A DNA stretch of 64,000 nucleotides from Deltaproteobacteria bacterium (GCA_002748835.1 PDTL01000013.1:140510-204509), one strand, 5' to 3'; shown: positions 49,966 through 63,941, numbered from the stretch's first letter. Numbers and translations: made by a program. The notes: generated by a model not told the origin, from the letters alone.

Positions 49966-51789
49966 TTAATCCCCGTCTGTCTTGAGAACCGCCAGGAAGG
50001 CGGACTGGGGCAGCATGACCTGGCCCACCATTTTCATCCGCTTCTTTCCTTTTTTTTGTTTTTCCAATAGCTTGCGTTTACGGGATATATCTCCGCCATA
50101 GCATTTGGCGGTTACGTCTTTCCGAAAGGCGGAAATGGTTTCACGAGAGATGATCTTGCCGCCAATCGCGCCCTGAATGGCAATCTTGAACATCTGCCGG
50201 GGAATTTCCGCTTTGAGTTTTTCACAGGCAAAACGGCCACGGGAGGTGGCCCGGTCCCGGTGGACCAGTTGGGAGAGGGCATCCACACGTTCGCCGTTGA
50301 CCAGGATGTCGAGTTTCACCAGATCGGTCTCCCGGTAGGCGATGAGTTCATAGTCAAAGGAACCGTATCCCTGGGTATGGCTTTTGAGCTTGTCGTAAAA
50401 GTCGTAGATCACTTCAGACAGAGGTAGCTCGAAGATCATTTCCATCCGGTTGTTGGCATGGTACTGGTAGTTGACATTGATGCCGCGTCGCTCCAGACAG
50501 AGTTTCATGACGGCTCCCATGTACCGCTCCGGGATGATGATCTGGGCACGGATAAAGGGCTCCCGTGTCATGGCAATGGTCGCGGGATCCGGATAAAGAG
50601 CCGGATTATCAATGAAAAAGGTCTCATGGTCGGTAGTGGTGACTTCATACCGCACTGAGGGAGCGGTGATGATAAGCGACTGGTCATACTCCCGCTCCAG
50701 CCGCTCCTGAACGACCTCAAGGTGAAGCAGACCGAGAAAACCGCAGCGGAAACCGAATCCCAGAGCCGCAGAGGTGTCCTTTTCATACACCAGGGATGCA
50801 TCGTTGAGTTTCAGTTTTTCCATGGCCACGGCCAGTTCTTCGTAATCATCGGTGGAGACCGGGTAGATAGACGAAAAGACAACGGGTTTTGCTTCCTTGT
50901 AACCTTCCAGAGGAGCGTCGCACGGTTTTTTCTTATGGGTGATGGTGTCTCCGGTCCGGGTGTCACTCACCGTCTTGATGCCGGCGATGAGATAACCGAC
51001 CTCCCCGGCAGAAAGAGACTTTCGGGGTACCCGGACCACCTGGAACACACCGATTTCCTCGACACGGTATTCGGCGTCATTGGACATGAATTTAATGGTA
51101 TCACCGGGTCGGAGGGTGCCGTCGATGATCCGAAAGTGGACAATGGTTCCCCGGTATGGGTCGTAATGGGAGTCAAAAATCAGGGCCTTGAGGGGGGCAT
51201 CCGGCTCTCCTTCCGGCGGGGGCAGGTGTTTGACGATCCCTTCGAGCAGGTCATCAATGCCAATGCCGTTCTTTGCCGATATCTTGTACGCGAGCTCAGA
51301 CGCCAACCCCAAATCTTCGTCCACCTGGCCGATGACCCAGTCTATATCGGCAGACGGCAGGTCGATTTTGTTGATGACTGGAAGGATTTCCAGGTCGTTT
51401 TCAAGGGCCAGATACATATTGGCCAGGGTCTGGGCTTCAACGCCCTGGCTGGCATCGACCAGCAGGAGCGCTCCCTCGCAGGAGGCGAGCGCCCGGGAGA
51501 CTTCATAAGAGAAGTCAACATGGCCCGGTGTGTCGATGAGGTTCAGGGTATACGTCTGACCGTCGGATGCGGTGTAGGGCAGACAGACGGTCTGACTTTT
51601 GATGGTGATGCCCCGCTCACGCTCAATGTCCATGGAGTCCAGAATCTGATCCTTAAATTCCCGGTCCGACACCAGTTTAGAGGATTGGATCAGGCGGTCT
51701 GATAGGGTTGATTTCCCATGATCGATATGGGCGATGATGCTGAAATTCCGTATATGACTGAGCGATGTCGTCACTGATCTGTCCTTCAT
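49966..51789 (-). CDS. lepA: Elongation factor 4
   Basis: [25 protein letters not shown], and the LepA C-terminal domain. Confidence 0.95.
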   Translation of the reverse strand: MKDRSVTTSLSHIRNFSIIAHIDHGKSTLSDRLIQSSKLVSDREFKDQILDSMDIERERGITIKSQTVCLPYTASDGQTYTLNLIDTPGHVDFSYEVSRALASCEGALLLVDASQGVEAQTLANMYLALENDLEILPVINKIDLPSADIDWVIGQVDEDLGLASELAYKISAKNGIGIDDLLEGIVKHLPPPEGEPDAPLKALIFDSHYDPYRGTIVHFRIIDGTLRPGDTIKFMSNDAEYRVEEIGVFQVVRVPRKSLSAGEVGYLIAGIKTVSDTRTGDTITHKKKPCDAPLEGYKEAKPVVFSSIYPVSTDDYEELAVAMEKLKLNDASLVYEKDTSAALGFGFRCGFLGLLHLEVVQERLEREYDQSLIITAPSVRYEVTTTDHETFFIDNPALYPDPATIAMTREPFIRAQIIIPERYMGAVMKLCLERRGINVNYQYHANNRMEMIFELPLSEVIYDFYDKLKSHTQGYGSFDYELIAYRETDLVKLDILVNGERVDALSQLVHRDRATSRGRFACEKLKAEIPRQMFKIAIQGAIGGKIISRETISAFRKDVTAKCYGGDISRKRKLLEKQKKGKKRMKMVGQVMLPQSAFLAVLKTDGD

Positions 51790-51808
51790 AATGGTTTGGC
51801 ACATTATC

Positions 51809-52654
51809 TTAGGTATGAATGCGCATGCTCAGGTCAACCGCCTGGGCCTGGTGGATCAGCGCACCCACAGATATGATGTCAACCCCGGTTTCCGCAACCG
51901 GCTTCAGGTCTTCGATGGCAAACAATCCAGATACCTCCACCAGGGCATGGCCGTTGATGTAGCTCACTGCCTGAGCGATTTCGGGAATGTTCATCTTATC
52001 GAGCAGGATGATGTCCACCCCGCAGCTTACGGCTTCGACCACTTCATTCATGGTGGAGACTTCCACCTCGATTTTGGAAAGATGCGGCAACCGCTGGCGT
52101 GCTTTTTCAACCGCCGGGGTGATACCGCCGCAGAGGGCAATGTGATTGGTTTTGATCAGCATCCCGTCGTACAGCCCCATACGGTGATTGTGAGCACCGC
52201 CGATCCTGACTGCGTATTTTTCCAGCTGACGCCAGCCGGGCGTGGTTTTCCGGGTGTCGACCAGCCGGACCTGATAGCCATTGAGCGCTTCAACATAGGT
52301 GTTCACATGGGACGCGATACCGCAGAGACGCTGCAGAAAGTTGAGTGCGGTGCGCTCGGCTCTCAGCAGCCCGGCAACGGCGCCCTCCACCTCAAGGAGC
52401 AGCTCTCCGTCCAGCAAGATATCTCCATCCCGGGAGAGCGGATTGAAAAAGATGTTATTGTCCAGCGTTTCAAATACACGTTTGGCAACATCGATCCCTG
52501 CGACAACAATCGGCTCTTTGGCAACGACGGTTCCTTTGCCGTTCTGATCTGGATCGATCAGACTGTCGGTGGTGATGTCTCCGGGGCCGATATCCTCTGT
52601 CAGAGACAAGTCTATCAATCGTTGTACCGTATGATTCATGTGGCTCCATGTCAT
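51809..52654 (-). CDS. nadC: Nicotinate-nucleotide pyrophosphorylase (carboxylating)
   Basis: [22 protein letters not shown]. Confidence 0.9.
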   Translation of the reverse strand: MTWSHMNHTVQRLIDLSLTEDIGPGDITTDSLIDPDQNGKGTVVAKEPIVVAGIDVAKRVFETLDNNIFFNPLSRDGDILLDGELLLEVEGAVAGLLRAERTALNFLQRLCGIASHVNTYVEALNGYQVRLVDTRKTTPGWRQLEKYAVRIGGAHNHRMGLYDGMLIKTNHIALCGGITPAVEKARQRLPHLSKIEVEVSTMNEVVEAVSCGVDIILLDKMNIPEIAQAVSYINGHALVEVSGLFAIEDLKPVAETGVDIISVGALIHQAQAVDLSMRIHT

Positions 52655-52736
52655 GCACGAGCAGGCGGAAAATAGACACCTGCTGATAATAAACGATCCG
52701 GAATAGCCCAGTGCTGCGCCGGACAGATGGGGTTGA

Positions 52737-55397
<2,661 letters not shown>

Positions 55398-55548
55398 ACG
55401 CTTCCTCAACAAGTTTGAAACTAAAATTAGGAGTTGCGATTCCATCGTTAACAGTATGGAGACTGAAAACGCCCATTAAAAAATGGGGATTTACAATGAA
55501 ATCCCCATATATGCCAGCAACAACTGCTCATGCGGACCGGTCAGCGGA

Positions 55549-56310
55549 TCAGGTGTCTGCCTGTGCATCCTCGCCAGCCGCATTCAGCAACACATCCTTT
55601 AAACGGATGATTTCAGAAGAAACCGTTTGGTCGATCACGTCTATCAAGATTTCTTCAATTTTTTCACCATACATTTTTCGAATCACCCTTTCAAGGGCTT
55701 CATCGATCTGTTCAGGGGTGATCGTTACCCGCATCGCACCGGAGGGTTCGGAAAAATCATCCTCCTCGGTACGCAGGTTGTTCGGGAGATGATCATCGAT
55801 AATCATGCCCAGTGTCTCTGCAAGATCGCCTTCAAAGGCGTCAAGGTCACCTGACTCGCTGGCGCCGGTTTCATTATATTGACTGGCCGGCGGGACGTCT
55901 GCGTCCAGATTCAACCGAGTGATGTCGTTCAGCTCAACGACCTTGTCTCCTGGTGCGTCCTTATCAATAAATCTGTCAATGCCTGCAGGGATGCCTACTT
56001 CTTCATCCGTTTCCCGGTCAATCTCATCCGAAGGCGTTGGCCCGTCTAACGTAAAGATGATTTCATCTTCAACCGGGGTGGTCAGCTCCAGAATTTCCTC
56101 TTCAACCACCTCGGTCAAGTCCAGGATTTCCTCTTCAACCACCTCGGTGAGCTCCAGGATTTCCTCTTCAACCACCTCGGTCAACTCCAGGATCTCATCA
56201 TTTGATGGTGTGGCCCGTGAGGAGGATCCACCTCCGGTACCGGTATCCGTCATTCCCGTGAGCAGACGGGTGCTTTGGAAGAAAGCTGCATCAGCGCCAG
56301 AATTTTTCAA
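55549..56310 (-). CDS. Acidic repeat protein, unknown function
   Basis: 253 aa and highly acidic. Contains 3-4 tandem copies of ILELTEVVEEE. Confidence 0.55.
   Translation of the reverse strand: MKNSGADAAFFQSTRLLTGMTDTGTGGGSSSRATPSNDEILELTEVVEEEILELTEVVEEEILDLTEVVEEEILELTTPVEDEIIFTLDGPTPSDEIDRETDEEVGIPAGIDRFIDKDAPGDKVVELNDITRLNLDADVPPASQYNETGASESGDLDAFEGDLAETLGMIIDDHLPNNLRTEEDDFSEPSGAMRVTITPEQIDEALERVIRKMYGEKIEEILIDVIDQTVSSEIIRLKDVLLNAAGEDAQADT
56084..56199. repeat. 33-bp tandem repeat (about 3.5 copies) inside the acidic protein gene
   Basis: TCCAG recurs at 56087, 56120, 56153 and 56186, exactly 33 bp apart, with near-identical flanks. Confidence 0.8.
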
Positions 56311-56622
56311 TACCGTTGTCTCCTATGAGGTGTGAGCAAAACACCATGCGATAATGATTACGAACATAAAAACCAGAAAGTATGTCTGATTTTATATGGT
56401 TATTAGGAAATATCACAGGGGTAAGGGACTGTCAAGAGGTTTGCAGGTATGTAACCACTTGGAACTTTTGATGATTGTATGTATTTTAGAGGCGGTGGTT
56501 ATCGGGGCGTGTGAAGAATCCCTTTTTTATTGTGCTGAATATGATACTAAAACAGAACATACGTATTTGAAATTGTTCCTATCTGTTTAATTACGCATAC
56601 AGGCGACACTACAGGAGGACGG

Positions 56623-57375
56623 ATGGATTCTCGGGGAAAGCGGCGGTTTTATGTCGCTCCGGAGCAGGTGACAAACGGAGAAGCGTTCATCACCGGTGCG
56701 GATATGCGTCATATTACCCAGGTCATGCGGTATGCCAAAGGTGATGAAATTGTGCTGGTGGACGGAGCCGGGTTTGAGTTCTGCGGTTGCATTGAGCAGA
56801 CGACTGCATCGGAGATCCGGATCCGGATTATTGATAAACGTCCGGCCCTGACAGAGTCGCCGCTTCATTTGACCGTGGTCCAGGCTTTTTTGAAAGAAAG
56901 GAAAATGGATGATCTGCTACGTCCGCTTACAGAGCTCGGTATGACCGAGTGGGTTCCGCTCATGGCCGATCGGTCGGTGGCGCGGCCGGATGCCAGACGG
57001 CTGAAGCGTCGATATGAAAGATGGCGGACAATTCTCAAGGAAGGGATCAAACAGTGCGAGCGGGGACGGGTGCCGAAAATCGGCCAATTGACAGACTGGA
57101 AGGCGTTGGTGGCCGATGCAGCATCCCATGATGTGAATTTGTTGTTTTACGAACGGGGAGGCATACCGTTCGGGGATATTCAGAAAACGGTCGTAAAACC
57201 AGTGGCCCGCGTCCGGCTTGTTTTGGGTCCGGAAGGCGGTTTTACGCAAGGTGAGGTTGCGCAGGCTGAAACTGCCGGTTTCAGGATCGTTTCCCTGGGG
57301 CCTCGCATTCTCCGTAGTGAGACAGCAGCTATTGCCGGTGCCTCTCTGGCCCAGCTTTTTTTTGGAGACCTGTAA
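56623..57375 (+). CDS. rsmE: 16S rRNA (uracil1498-N3)-methyltransferase
   Basis: RRFYV N-terminus, 250 aa, C-terminal GPEGGFT...LGPRILRSETA. Confidence 0.9.
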   Translation: MDSRGKRRFYVAPEQVTNGEAFITGADMRHITQVMRYAKGDEIVLVDGAGFEFCGCIEQTTASEIRIRIIDKRPALTESPLHLTVVQAFLKERKMDDLLRPLTELGMTEWVPLMADRSVARPDARRLKRRYERWRTILKEGIKQCERGRVPKIGQLTDWKALVADAASHDVNLLFYERGGIPFGDIQKTVVKPVARVRLVLGPEGGFTQGEVAQAETAGFRIVSLGPRILRSETAAIAGASLAQLFFGDL

Positions 57376-57385
57376 AAAAAACCTG

Positions 57386-57414
57386 TTGACAAGGTTCAGG
57401 GGCTCACGTATAAA
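57386..57414 (+). promoter_or_regulatory. Putative sigma-70 promoter of tRNA-Phe
   Basis: TTGACA (57386-57391), 17-nt spacer, TATAAA (57409-57414), about 17 nt upstream of the tRNA. Confidence 0.55.
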
Positions 57415-57431
57415 TGCTCTCGTTCTTGAGC

Positions 57432-57507
<76 letters not shown>

Positions 57508-57590
57508 CGCAAGACATTGAGGAAAATAAGGGGTTATGCTGTGAATGCATCACCCCTTTTTTTCGTCACGATTGAAACAAAGAGAATAAG

Positions 57591-57630
57591 AAAAACGGGC
57601 TCCTGTGCGGATGCGGAGCCCGTTTTTTTT
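57591..57630. terminator. Bidirectional intrinsic terminator
   Basis: CGGGCTCC (57596-57603) pairs with GGAGCCCG (57615-57622), flanked by an A5 run upstream and a T8 run downstream. Lies between tRNA-Phe (+) and the convergent lipoprotein gene (-). Confidence 0.7.
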
Positions 57631-57638
57631 AATGCAGT

Positions 57639-58019
57639 CTATTGGTGTGAAACTTGTTTTTTAGGCGGAAGGTGCGTGGCGCTTGTGGCAGGGGCCGCAT
57701 GAACGGGCGCATGGACATCTGCTTTTGGTGTGTTTCTCGCAGTCGGCAGATTTGCTTCGGCTGCCAGGATCCACTTGTCGTCCTGCTTGACCAGCTGAAC
57801 GACTTTTTTATAGGGAATTTTCCCTTTCACGGTGACCATGGCCATGTCTTCACCTGCCTGTTCGGTGTCATAGTCCAGATTTTTCAGGTTCAGGTTCAGG
57901 CCTTCGAACTGTTTTTCAACTATGGCTTTGGTAAAGTCTTCCGGGGTCATTTCTTTGTCACCGCATCCGGCAAATGCAAGCAGGGAAAGGCAGCTGACGG
58001 CAATAAACATTTTTTTCAT
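57639..58019 (-). CDS. Lipoprotein, unknown function
   Basis: Lipobox LLAFAGC at the N-terminus. Confidence 0.65.
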   Translation of the reverse strand: MKKMFIAVSCLSLLAFAGCGDKEMTPEDFTKAIVEKQFEGLNLNLKNLDYDTEQAGEDMAMVTVKGKIPYKKVVQLVKQDDKWILAAEANLPTARNTPKADVHAPVHAAPATSATHLPPKKQVSHQ

Positions 58020-58272
58020 GTCTCGTCTCCTGAGAAATAAAGGGTTGAAGGTATGAATTATCCTGAACAGTAAGGGTACAGGCTAACAGTCGGAAGTCCG
58101 GGACGGACAACCGATCTGTTTCCGTATTTATATCGGCTTTAACCGTGTTTTGTCAATCTTTCGGCGCCGCATCCTCGGGAATTCATCCGGGATTGACATT
58201 TTGTTTGGTTCTGGCAGGATGCGGAGATCACCGGTGCAGGCTCAAGAACGTGATGGGCTGTAAAAAAAAGGT

Positions 58273-59322
58273 ATGCGCATGACGCATTTTTCAATAGACA
58301 GGGATGGTCTGGCCGAGACACTCTGCACACCGCTGGCCATTGCAGGAAAATCCCTCCGCACCCGTCTGGTGCTGGCGCCCATGGCCGGGTTGGGGCATAT
58401 CGCCTTCCGGGACGTGGTGGATGCATTCGGCGGATGCGGTCTGATGTTTACGGGCATGTGCAGTGCCAAAGCCGTGCCCACGGAAAACCCGAAGGTTTCA
58501 TCGGTGTTCTCCTGGCGAGAAGCCGAGCTGGACCGGCTGGTCTGTCAACTTGTCGGCGCCGATCCTGACGTGATGGCTGCAGCCGCGCGGCGGATCGAGA
58601 AAGAGGGATTCTGGGGGGTGGATCTTAATTTGGGGTGTTCGGTGTCTACCATTTGCAAGCAGGGGGCGGGCGCGGCGCTGCTTCGGGATCCGGAACGGGC
58701 TGTTGCCGTGGTTGAGGCGGTTCGGGACGCGGTTCAGATACCGGTTCTTGTCAAATACCGGACTGGCTGGACAGACGACCCGGGCTTTGCCTGTGATATG
58801 GGTGCCCGGTTCGAGGCAGCTGGCGCTGATGCTCTCACCTTTCACCCCAGGGTCTCTCCGGACCGGCGGACCCGGCCGCCCAAGTGGGACTATATCCGTC
58901 AGGTCAAGGCGTCTGTGAAGATTCCGGTATTTGGGAACGGCAATGTGTTCAGCCCGGAGGATGCGAGGCGGATGCTTTCAGAAACCGGCTGTGACGGGAT
59001 TTCCGTCGGTCGTATGGCCGTCGCGGCACCCTGGCTGTTTGCCCGGTGGACGGGAAAACGGATCGGGGAGGGAGATCACTTCCGGGAGACAGGTGAGAAA
59101 ATCATTGCTTCATTAAAAAAATACTATGACCCGCACCTGGGTTTCACCCTGTTTAAAAAGTACGCGATCTATTTTTGCGCCAATTTTGCTTTCGGCCATT
59201 CCCTCCTAAAACAGCTGTTGCGCTGCAAAAGCCTGGATGCCGCCGCTGACTGTCTGAACGAATTTCTGGGCCGGCAACCAGCCATTGTCCGGGTGCCGGA
59301 TATGAATCTCTTTATTCAATAA
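58273..59322 (+). CDS. tRNA-dihydrouridine synthase family protein
   Basis: LAPMAG..., DLNLGC, Dus-type TIM-barrel pattern. Confidence 0.85.
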   Translation: MRMTHFSIDRDGLAETLCTPLAIAGKSLRTRLVLAPMAGLGHIAFRDVVDAFGGCGLMFTGMCSAKAVPTENPKVSSVFSWREAELDRLVCQLVGADPDVMAAAARRIEKEGFWGVDLNLGCSVSTICKQGAGAALLRDPERAVAVVEAVRDAVQIPVLVKYRTGWTDDPGFACDMGARFEAAGADALTFHPRVSPDRRTRPPKWDYIRQVKASVKIPVFGNGNVFSPEDARRMLSETGCDGISVGRMAVAAPWLFARWTGKRIGEGDHFRETGEKIIASLKKYYDPHLGFTLFKKYAIYFCANFAFGHSLLKQLLRCKSLDAAADCLNEFLGRQPAIVRVPDMNLFIQ

Positions 59323-59470
59323 ACGGCGCGCTAACGTCAACCAGCGATACGCCGCTACCGTTTCCATTCGTGTTGCTTTGCCTGCACAAAGCCGCTTTTT
59401 TGCGCTGCTTGACAAACTGGCTTCCACGGCGGTAACCGCCTGGATGGAAGTCCATCCGGAATCACGGTCC

Positions 59471-60328
59471 CTACCGGGTCCTGACAAGGCGGAAACCGAT
59501 ATCATTGCGCCGATAGGTGGGGCTGTAATAGCTCCGATTCGCGGCCCGGGCCAGCCGGGCACTCAGATTCCAGCTGCCGCCGCGTAGGATGCGCTTTTCT
59601 CCATGGCGGGAAATAGGATTTACCTGATCGCCCGTATACGTATGGGTAAGAGCACCGGTCTCGCGGGAAAACAGGCGCCGCCAGTTGCAGGCGTCCAGAC
59701 ACCATTCCTGCACATTTCCGTGCATGTCATAGAGCCCCCAGGCATTGGGCGCCTTTTTACCCACGGGTTGCGGTTTGAGATCGTGTACCGGCTGGGCTTT
59801 TCCCGTATTTCCGCAATACCATGCCACCGTGTCGAGATGCGGATCATGACCGCAGTGGAGATCGGTGATGGGGCCGCTTGAAAATGCCGTGGTTGTACCG
59901 GCCCGGCAGGCATACTCCCATTCCGCTTCCGTGGGCAGGCGGTATTTTTTTGTTCGTTCTTTCGTGTTTAACTGCCGGATGAACGCCATGCAATCGTTCC
60001 AGGAGACATTTTCCACCGGACACCTTCCGCCGCAGTCTGAAAACGCCGCAGGCCGGGTTTTCATCACATCATACCATTGACGTTGAGTCACTTCGGTCTG
60101 GGACAGATAAAATCCGTGAGTGATCCGTACCGTATGAAGTGTCTCGTCGGTTTCCCTTCCGGGCTCTGTTTCCGGACTTCCCATCCGAAAGCTACCTGCA
60201 GGAACGAAAGAAAATTTCATACCAATACTGTTCACATACGCTGGTCGGGCAGCGGCGGTAGGAGAATTGACAATCAGTGTGAAGATGATAGAAAAAAAGA
60301 AGGGTCCTGGCAAAAAGAGTTTGTGCAT
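59471..60328 (-). CDS. Formylglycine-generating-enzyme (SUMF1) family protein, secreted
   Basis: Signal peptide. MGNVQEW-type region (HGNVQEWC), RGGSW, and the conserved WNDCMAF region. Confidence 0.85.
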   Translation of the reverse strand: MHKLFLPGPFFFSIIFTLIVNSPTAAARPAYVNSIGMKFSFVPAGSFRMGSPETEPGRETDETLHTVRITHGFYLSQTEVTQRQWYDVMKTRPAAFSDCGGRCPVENVSWNDCMAFIRQLNTKERTKKYRLPTEAEWEYACRAGTTTAFSSGPITDLHCGHDPHLDTVAWYCGNTGKAQPVHDLKPQPVGKKAPNAWGLYDMHGNVQEWCLDACNWRRLFSRETGALTHTYTGDQVNPISRHGEKRILRGGSWNLSARLARAANRSYYSPTYRRNDIGFRLVRTR

Positions 60329-61097
60329 GGGAGGTGCTCCTGGTGAAAAGTGTCAGTGAAGACCGTGTATGAAAACTATCATTCCCAGAAGGGTTCGTCA
60401 AATTTGGGTCTGCTAGAAAGGATGGCCGATATGGTGCAGTATCGAAAAAAGGGTCCCCCGGGGTCCATTTGGACAGCTAAAACGCCAGCTCTCCGTGATT
60501 GCCAGCCTTTTGTGATTTTTGTGATCTGAAAATTTGCTTCTGGTGCCAGCGGTGCTCCTGATGCTGATCGTGATCACATTGTTGTGGCCGGCGATTACCG
60601 GAGAAAAAAATTGAAAGGCAAACCGAACGTAACGGGCTTTCACAGAAAACCGGCGAGGCGATATTGAGCCGGCTGGCTGGCCTTGACGTACGCATGGCAC
60701 GTAGGCAGGGGCGGGGACAGCGGACCGACTGTGATAGGGGAGTAGGCTTTTTTTATGGTTTTTCCCGGGCCTGTAGGTGGATGCCCCAGTAAAATAATCG
60801 AATTACCCCATCGACAAAGTGCTCATATTTTGAAATTTTGATTACAGAAAAGACCATCGCCCACCTTATTTGTGAAATTATGCGTCATTTCTGATCGGGT
60901 TGTATCCTTATTTGTCAGATAAACGGTTGGAGATGACACGATTTTTTTACATGGCAACGCACGCTATATCCATCTAACCCACATTCGTTCAGCTGATCGA
61001 ATGTGAAGGCTTCCGGGACGGAACGAAAACTGAACGCACATCCATGTGGGATATGACAGGCTTATTTTAATACGTATAGATAAGGGGAAACCAGCTC

Positions 61098-62018
61098 ATG
61101 ACCAACCCAACGGATTCAGGAAATGAATATGCCTCATCTATAATGGATAACTGGATGCAGATGTCGACGTCCTTCTGGGATTCCATCAATAGCCTGTGTC
61201 CGGATGCAGAAAAGCGTGCGGACGCGCAGGCTGAATTCCAACGGACGGTTCATGATCGTGTGAAGAAATTTATTGATGAGACCCTGAAGTCGATGCAGCC
61301 CTTGATGGGAAACCTGACGCCCGAAATCACCCAGGCGTTTCTGAACGAACAGGAATCGGCTGACGGCTTTATCAGAATGATGAAAGCCGGATGGAACAGT
61401 TGTTCTGATTTTCAGAAGCAGATGCTTGCCAGCGCGGGAAGTATCGGGGATGTCTTTGGCGGCGGCAGTGGGGCGTTCGATGCCGAGGTCTTTCGGTCCC
61501 TGTCCAAGATTTATGAAAAGGAAATCCAGAAATTTTTAGTTGTTCCGCCGGTGGGACTGGCACGTATGTATCAGGAAAAAGTCAGTCAGACCTTTGACAA
61601 GTTCAATATGTTCCAGGTGACCTTTCTGGAATTTTTATACCTGCTGTACATGCCCATTGAAAAGACGTCCAAGATGATGCAGGACGGTCTGGTAAAGATG
61701 GCGGAAGATGGCGAACTCCCCGATCAGTACAAAGACTACTATCAGATGTGGGTAAAGAAACTGGAACAAAATTATATGAACCTGTTTCAGTCTGTTGAAT
61801 ATACACGGACGCTGGTAAAAACCCTGGAGTCGTTAGGGGATTATATGGCGGCACGCAAGGAAATCACACAGGATCTGATGAAAATGTCCGGTATTACGGT
61901 GGAACGGGATATGGACGAACTGAATCGGGACCTGTATGAACTGAAAAAAATGGTCAAATCTCAACAGAAGGAGATCAGGGAATTAAAAAAGATGATTCAC
62001 TCGGACCGTCCACAGTAA
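61098..62018 (+). CDS. phaE: Probable class III PHA synthase subunit PhaE
   Basis: 306 aa, immediately upstream of class III phaC, with a C-terminal coiled coil. Assigned mainly by context. Confidence 0.6.
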   Translation: MTNPTDSGNEYASSIMDNWMQMSTSFWDSINSLCPDAEKRADAQAEFQRTVHDRVKKFIDETLKSMQPLMGNLTPEITQAFLNEQESADGFIRMMKAGWNSCSDFQKQMLASAGSIGDVFGGGSGAFDAEVFRSLSKIYEKEIQKFLVVPPVGLARMYQEKVSQTFDKFNMFQVTFLEFLYLLYMPIEKTSKMMQDGLVKMAEDGELPDQYKDYYQMWVKKLEQNYMNLFQSVEYTRTLVKTLESLGDYMAARKEITQDLMKMSGITVERDMDELNRDLYELKKMVKSQQKEIRELKKMIHSDRPQ

Positions 62019-62128
62019 GCCTTGCTAAGGGTGTTTATAATACAACGTACTTCAATTGCTACACGGCTTGCCGATTAAACATGGGGACCGGTCGGTGATT
62101 ACCACCGAGAAAGGACAGGCAGACGACA

Positions 62129-63277
62129 ATGATTGATACGAACGTGAGCATGGAAAACCTGGTGTCAAGTTTTGCAGATAAAATCGACAACATGCACCAT
62201 TATTCCAGGGAAGCGGCGGATGTGCTGCTCAATCCCCTGGAGACGGATATTGCCAGCACAGCGTATGATGTCGTGTACGAAGAAGACCGGATCAAGCTGA
62301 AACATTATCGTCCGTTTGCGGATGTCAAAAAGCGGGCAACAATCCCGCTTTTGACCGTGTATGCCCTGATCAACAGGGAAACCATGCTGGATCTTCAGCC
62401 GGACCGGAGTGTTGTCCGCAGTCTTCTGGGAGACGGCATTGACCTGTACATGATCGACTGGGGCTATCCGTCACGCAAAGACAAGTTTTTGACCATCGGA
62501 GACCATGTGAACGGATACATGGATAATGTGGTCGATTATATTCGGGAAACCCACGGGATAGATAAGATCAACATCATGGGGATCTGCATGGGGGGGACCT
62601 TTTCCACTATTTACGCAGCCCTGCATCCGGAAAAGGTAAACGCACTGGTAACGACGGTCACGCCGACCAGCTTTGATACGAACAAGGGACTGCTTCATAT
62701 CTGGATGCGGGAAGTGGATGCGGACAAAATGGTTGAAACGTATGGAAACATTCCCGGAGATCTAATGAATTTCGGGTTTCTCCTGCTCAATCCGGCTCGG
62801 CTTATGATTGACAAATACCACAACTTCTTTCAGAATTTGGATGATAAAGGGTATGTGGAGAACTTTGTTCGCATGGAACGCTGGATTTTCGACAGTCCGG
62901 ATCTGCCGGGAGAGACCTTCCGCCAGTTCATCAAGGACTGTTATCAGAAAAATCTGCTTATCCAGAGCAAAATGGAGGTGGATGGCAAGCGGGTTGATCT
63001 GAAGAAGATCACCATGCCCGTGTTAAACTTTTACGCCAAATTTGATCATCTGGTGCCGCCGGATGCCAGCAATCAGCTGATTTCACAGATCGGCAGCACG
63101 GATAAGGAGGATGTCTGCCTGGATACCGGACACATTGGTATTTATGTGAGCGGCCGGTTTCAGAAACTGTTCGCACCGCGTGTGGCGCAATGGCTGAAGG
63201 AGAGGGATTCAAAGAAAAAAAAGAAGGCCCGAAAACCGGTCACTCAGAATCGACCCAAACCAGCGGTTGCTGTTTAG
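62129..63277 (+). CDS. phaC: Class III poly(R)-hydroxyalkanoate synthase subunit PhaC
   Basis: PLLTVYALINR...IDWGYP...INIMGICMGG (lipase-like box GxCxGG). Confidence 0.9.
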   Translation: MIDTNVSMENLVSSFADKIDNMHHYSREAADVLLNPLETDIASTAYDVVYEEDRIKLKHYRPFADVKKRATIPLLTVYALINRETMLDLQPDRSVVRSLLGDGIDLYMIDWGYPSRKDKFLTIGDHVNGYMDNVVDYIRETHGIDKINIMGICMGGTFSTIYAALHPEKVNALVTTVTPTSFDTNKGLLHIWMREVDADKMVETYGNIPGDLMNFGFLLLNPARLMIDKYHNFFQNLDDKGYVENFVRMERWIFDSPDLPGETFRQFIKDCYQKNLLIQSKMEVDGKRVDLKKITMPVLNFYAKFDHLVPPDASNQLISQIGSTDKEDVCLDTGHIGIYVSGRFQKLFAPRVAQWLKERDSKKKKKARKPVTQNRPKPAVAV

Positions 63278-63442
63278 TCAGTGACGGCTGGCGCCAATCG
63301 AACCGGTACGAGCTGTATTTTCATGACACGCCTTCGTAAACGGACAACCGTATCCAGAGGACAACCTGATCAGGAAGGTCGGCTGCCAAAGAAACTGGCT
63401 TTGACGGGTAACCCCTTTTGATGAAAAGGAGAAACAGACTGA

Positions 63443-63868
63443 ATGAAACGGGGAAAGACGATTGATGAGATTCATGTGGGAGATACGGCTGCCTTCTCCA
63501 AGACAATAACCGAAACGGATGTCTACATGTATGCGGGCATTACCGGCGATTTCAATCCGGCGCACATTGATGACGTCTATGCGGCTGGAACCTTTTTTAA
63601 AAAGCGGATTGCCCACGGTATGCTGACCGCCGGTTTTATTTCCGGCCTGTTAGGCACCCGCCTTCCGGGTCCGGGCACCATCTATATCAAACAGGATCTT
63701 CAATTTATGGCGCCGGTCTATTTTGGAGATACCATCACGGCCACCGTGACCGTGAAAGCGGTGCTCACAGAGAAAAACCGTGTGATAGTGACCACGACCT
63801 GCACCAATCAGGATGAAAAGGTGGTGCTCGACGGAGAGGCCATGGTGATGCCGCCCAAAGCTGGATAG
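63443..63868 (+). CDS. phaJ: MaoC-like (R)-specific enoyl-CoA hydratase
   Basis: GDFNPAHID hot-dog hydratase motif, 141 aa. Confidence 0.8.
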   Translation: MKRGKTIDEIHVGDTAAFSKTITETDVYMYAGITGDFNPAHIDDVYAAGTFFKKRIAHGMLTAGFISGLLGTRLPGPGTIYIKQDLQFMAPVYFGDTITATVTVKAVLTEKNRVIVTTTCTNQDEKVVLDGEAMVMPPKAG

Positions 63869-63898
63869 CATGGGTTTTTCATAAAGGCTATAAAACCA

Positions 63899-63941
63899 AA
63901 GCCGCCGGATACTTTCTTGTAAAGCGTCCGGCGGCTTTTTT
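63899..63941 (+). terminator. Intrinsic terminator after phaJ
   Basis: GCCGCCGGA (63901-63909) pairs with TCCGGCGGC (63927-63935), followed by a T6 run. Confidence 0.7.

Noticed and set aside
60690-60710. A sigma-54 promoter-like TGGCAC (catggcacgtaggcagggg) upstream of the pha operon. A similar TGGAAC-N-TTGA lies near 56457.
   Set aside because: The -12 element (TTGC at the correct 4-5-nt spacing after the GG element) is missing in both cases.
63278-63616. 112-aa minus-strand ORF between phaC and phaJ.
   Set aside because: It overlaps the well-supported phaJ start, and its translation has no features. It is likely spurious.
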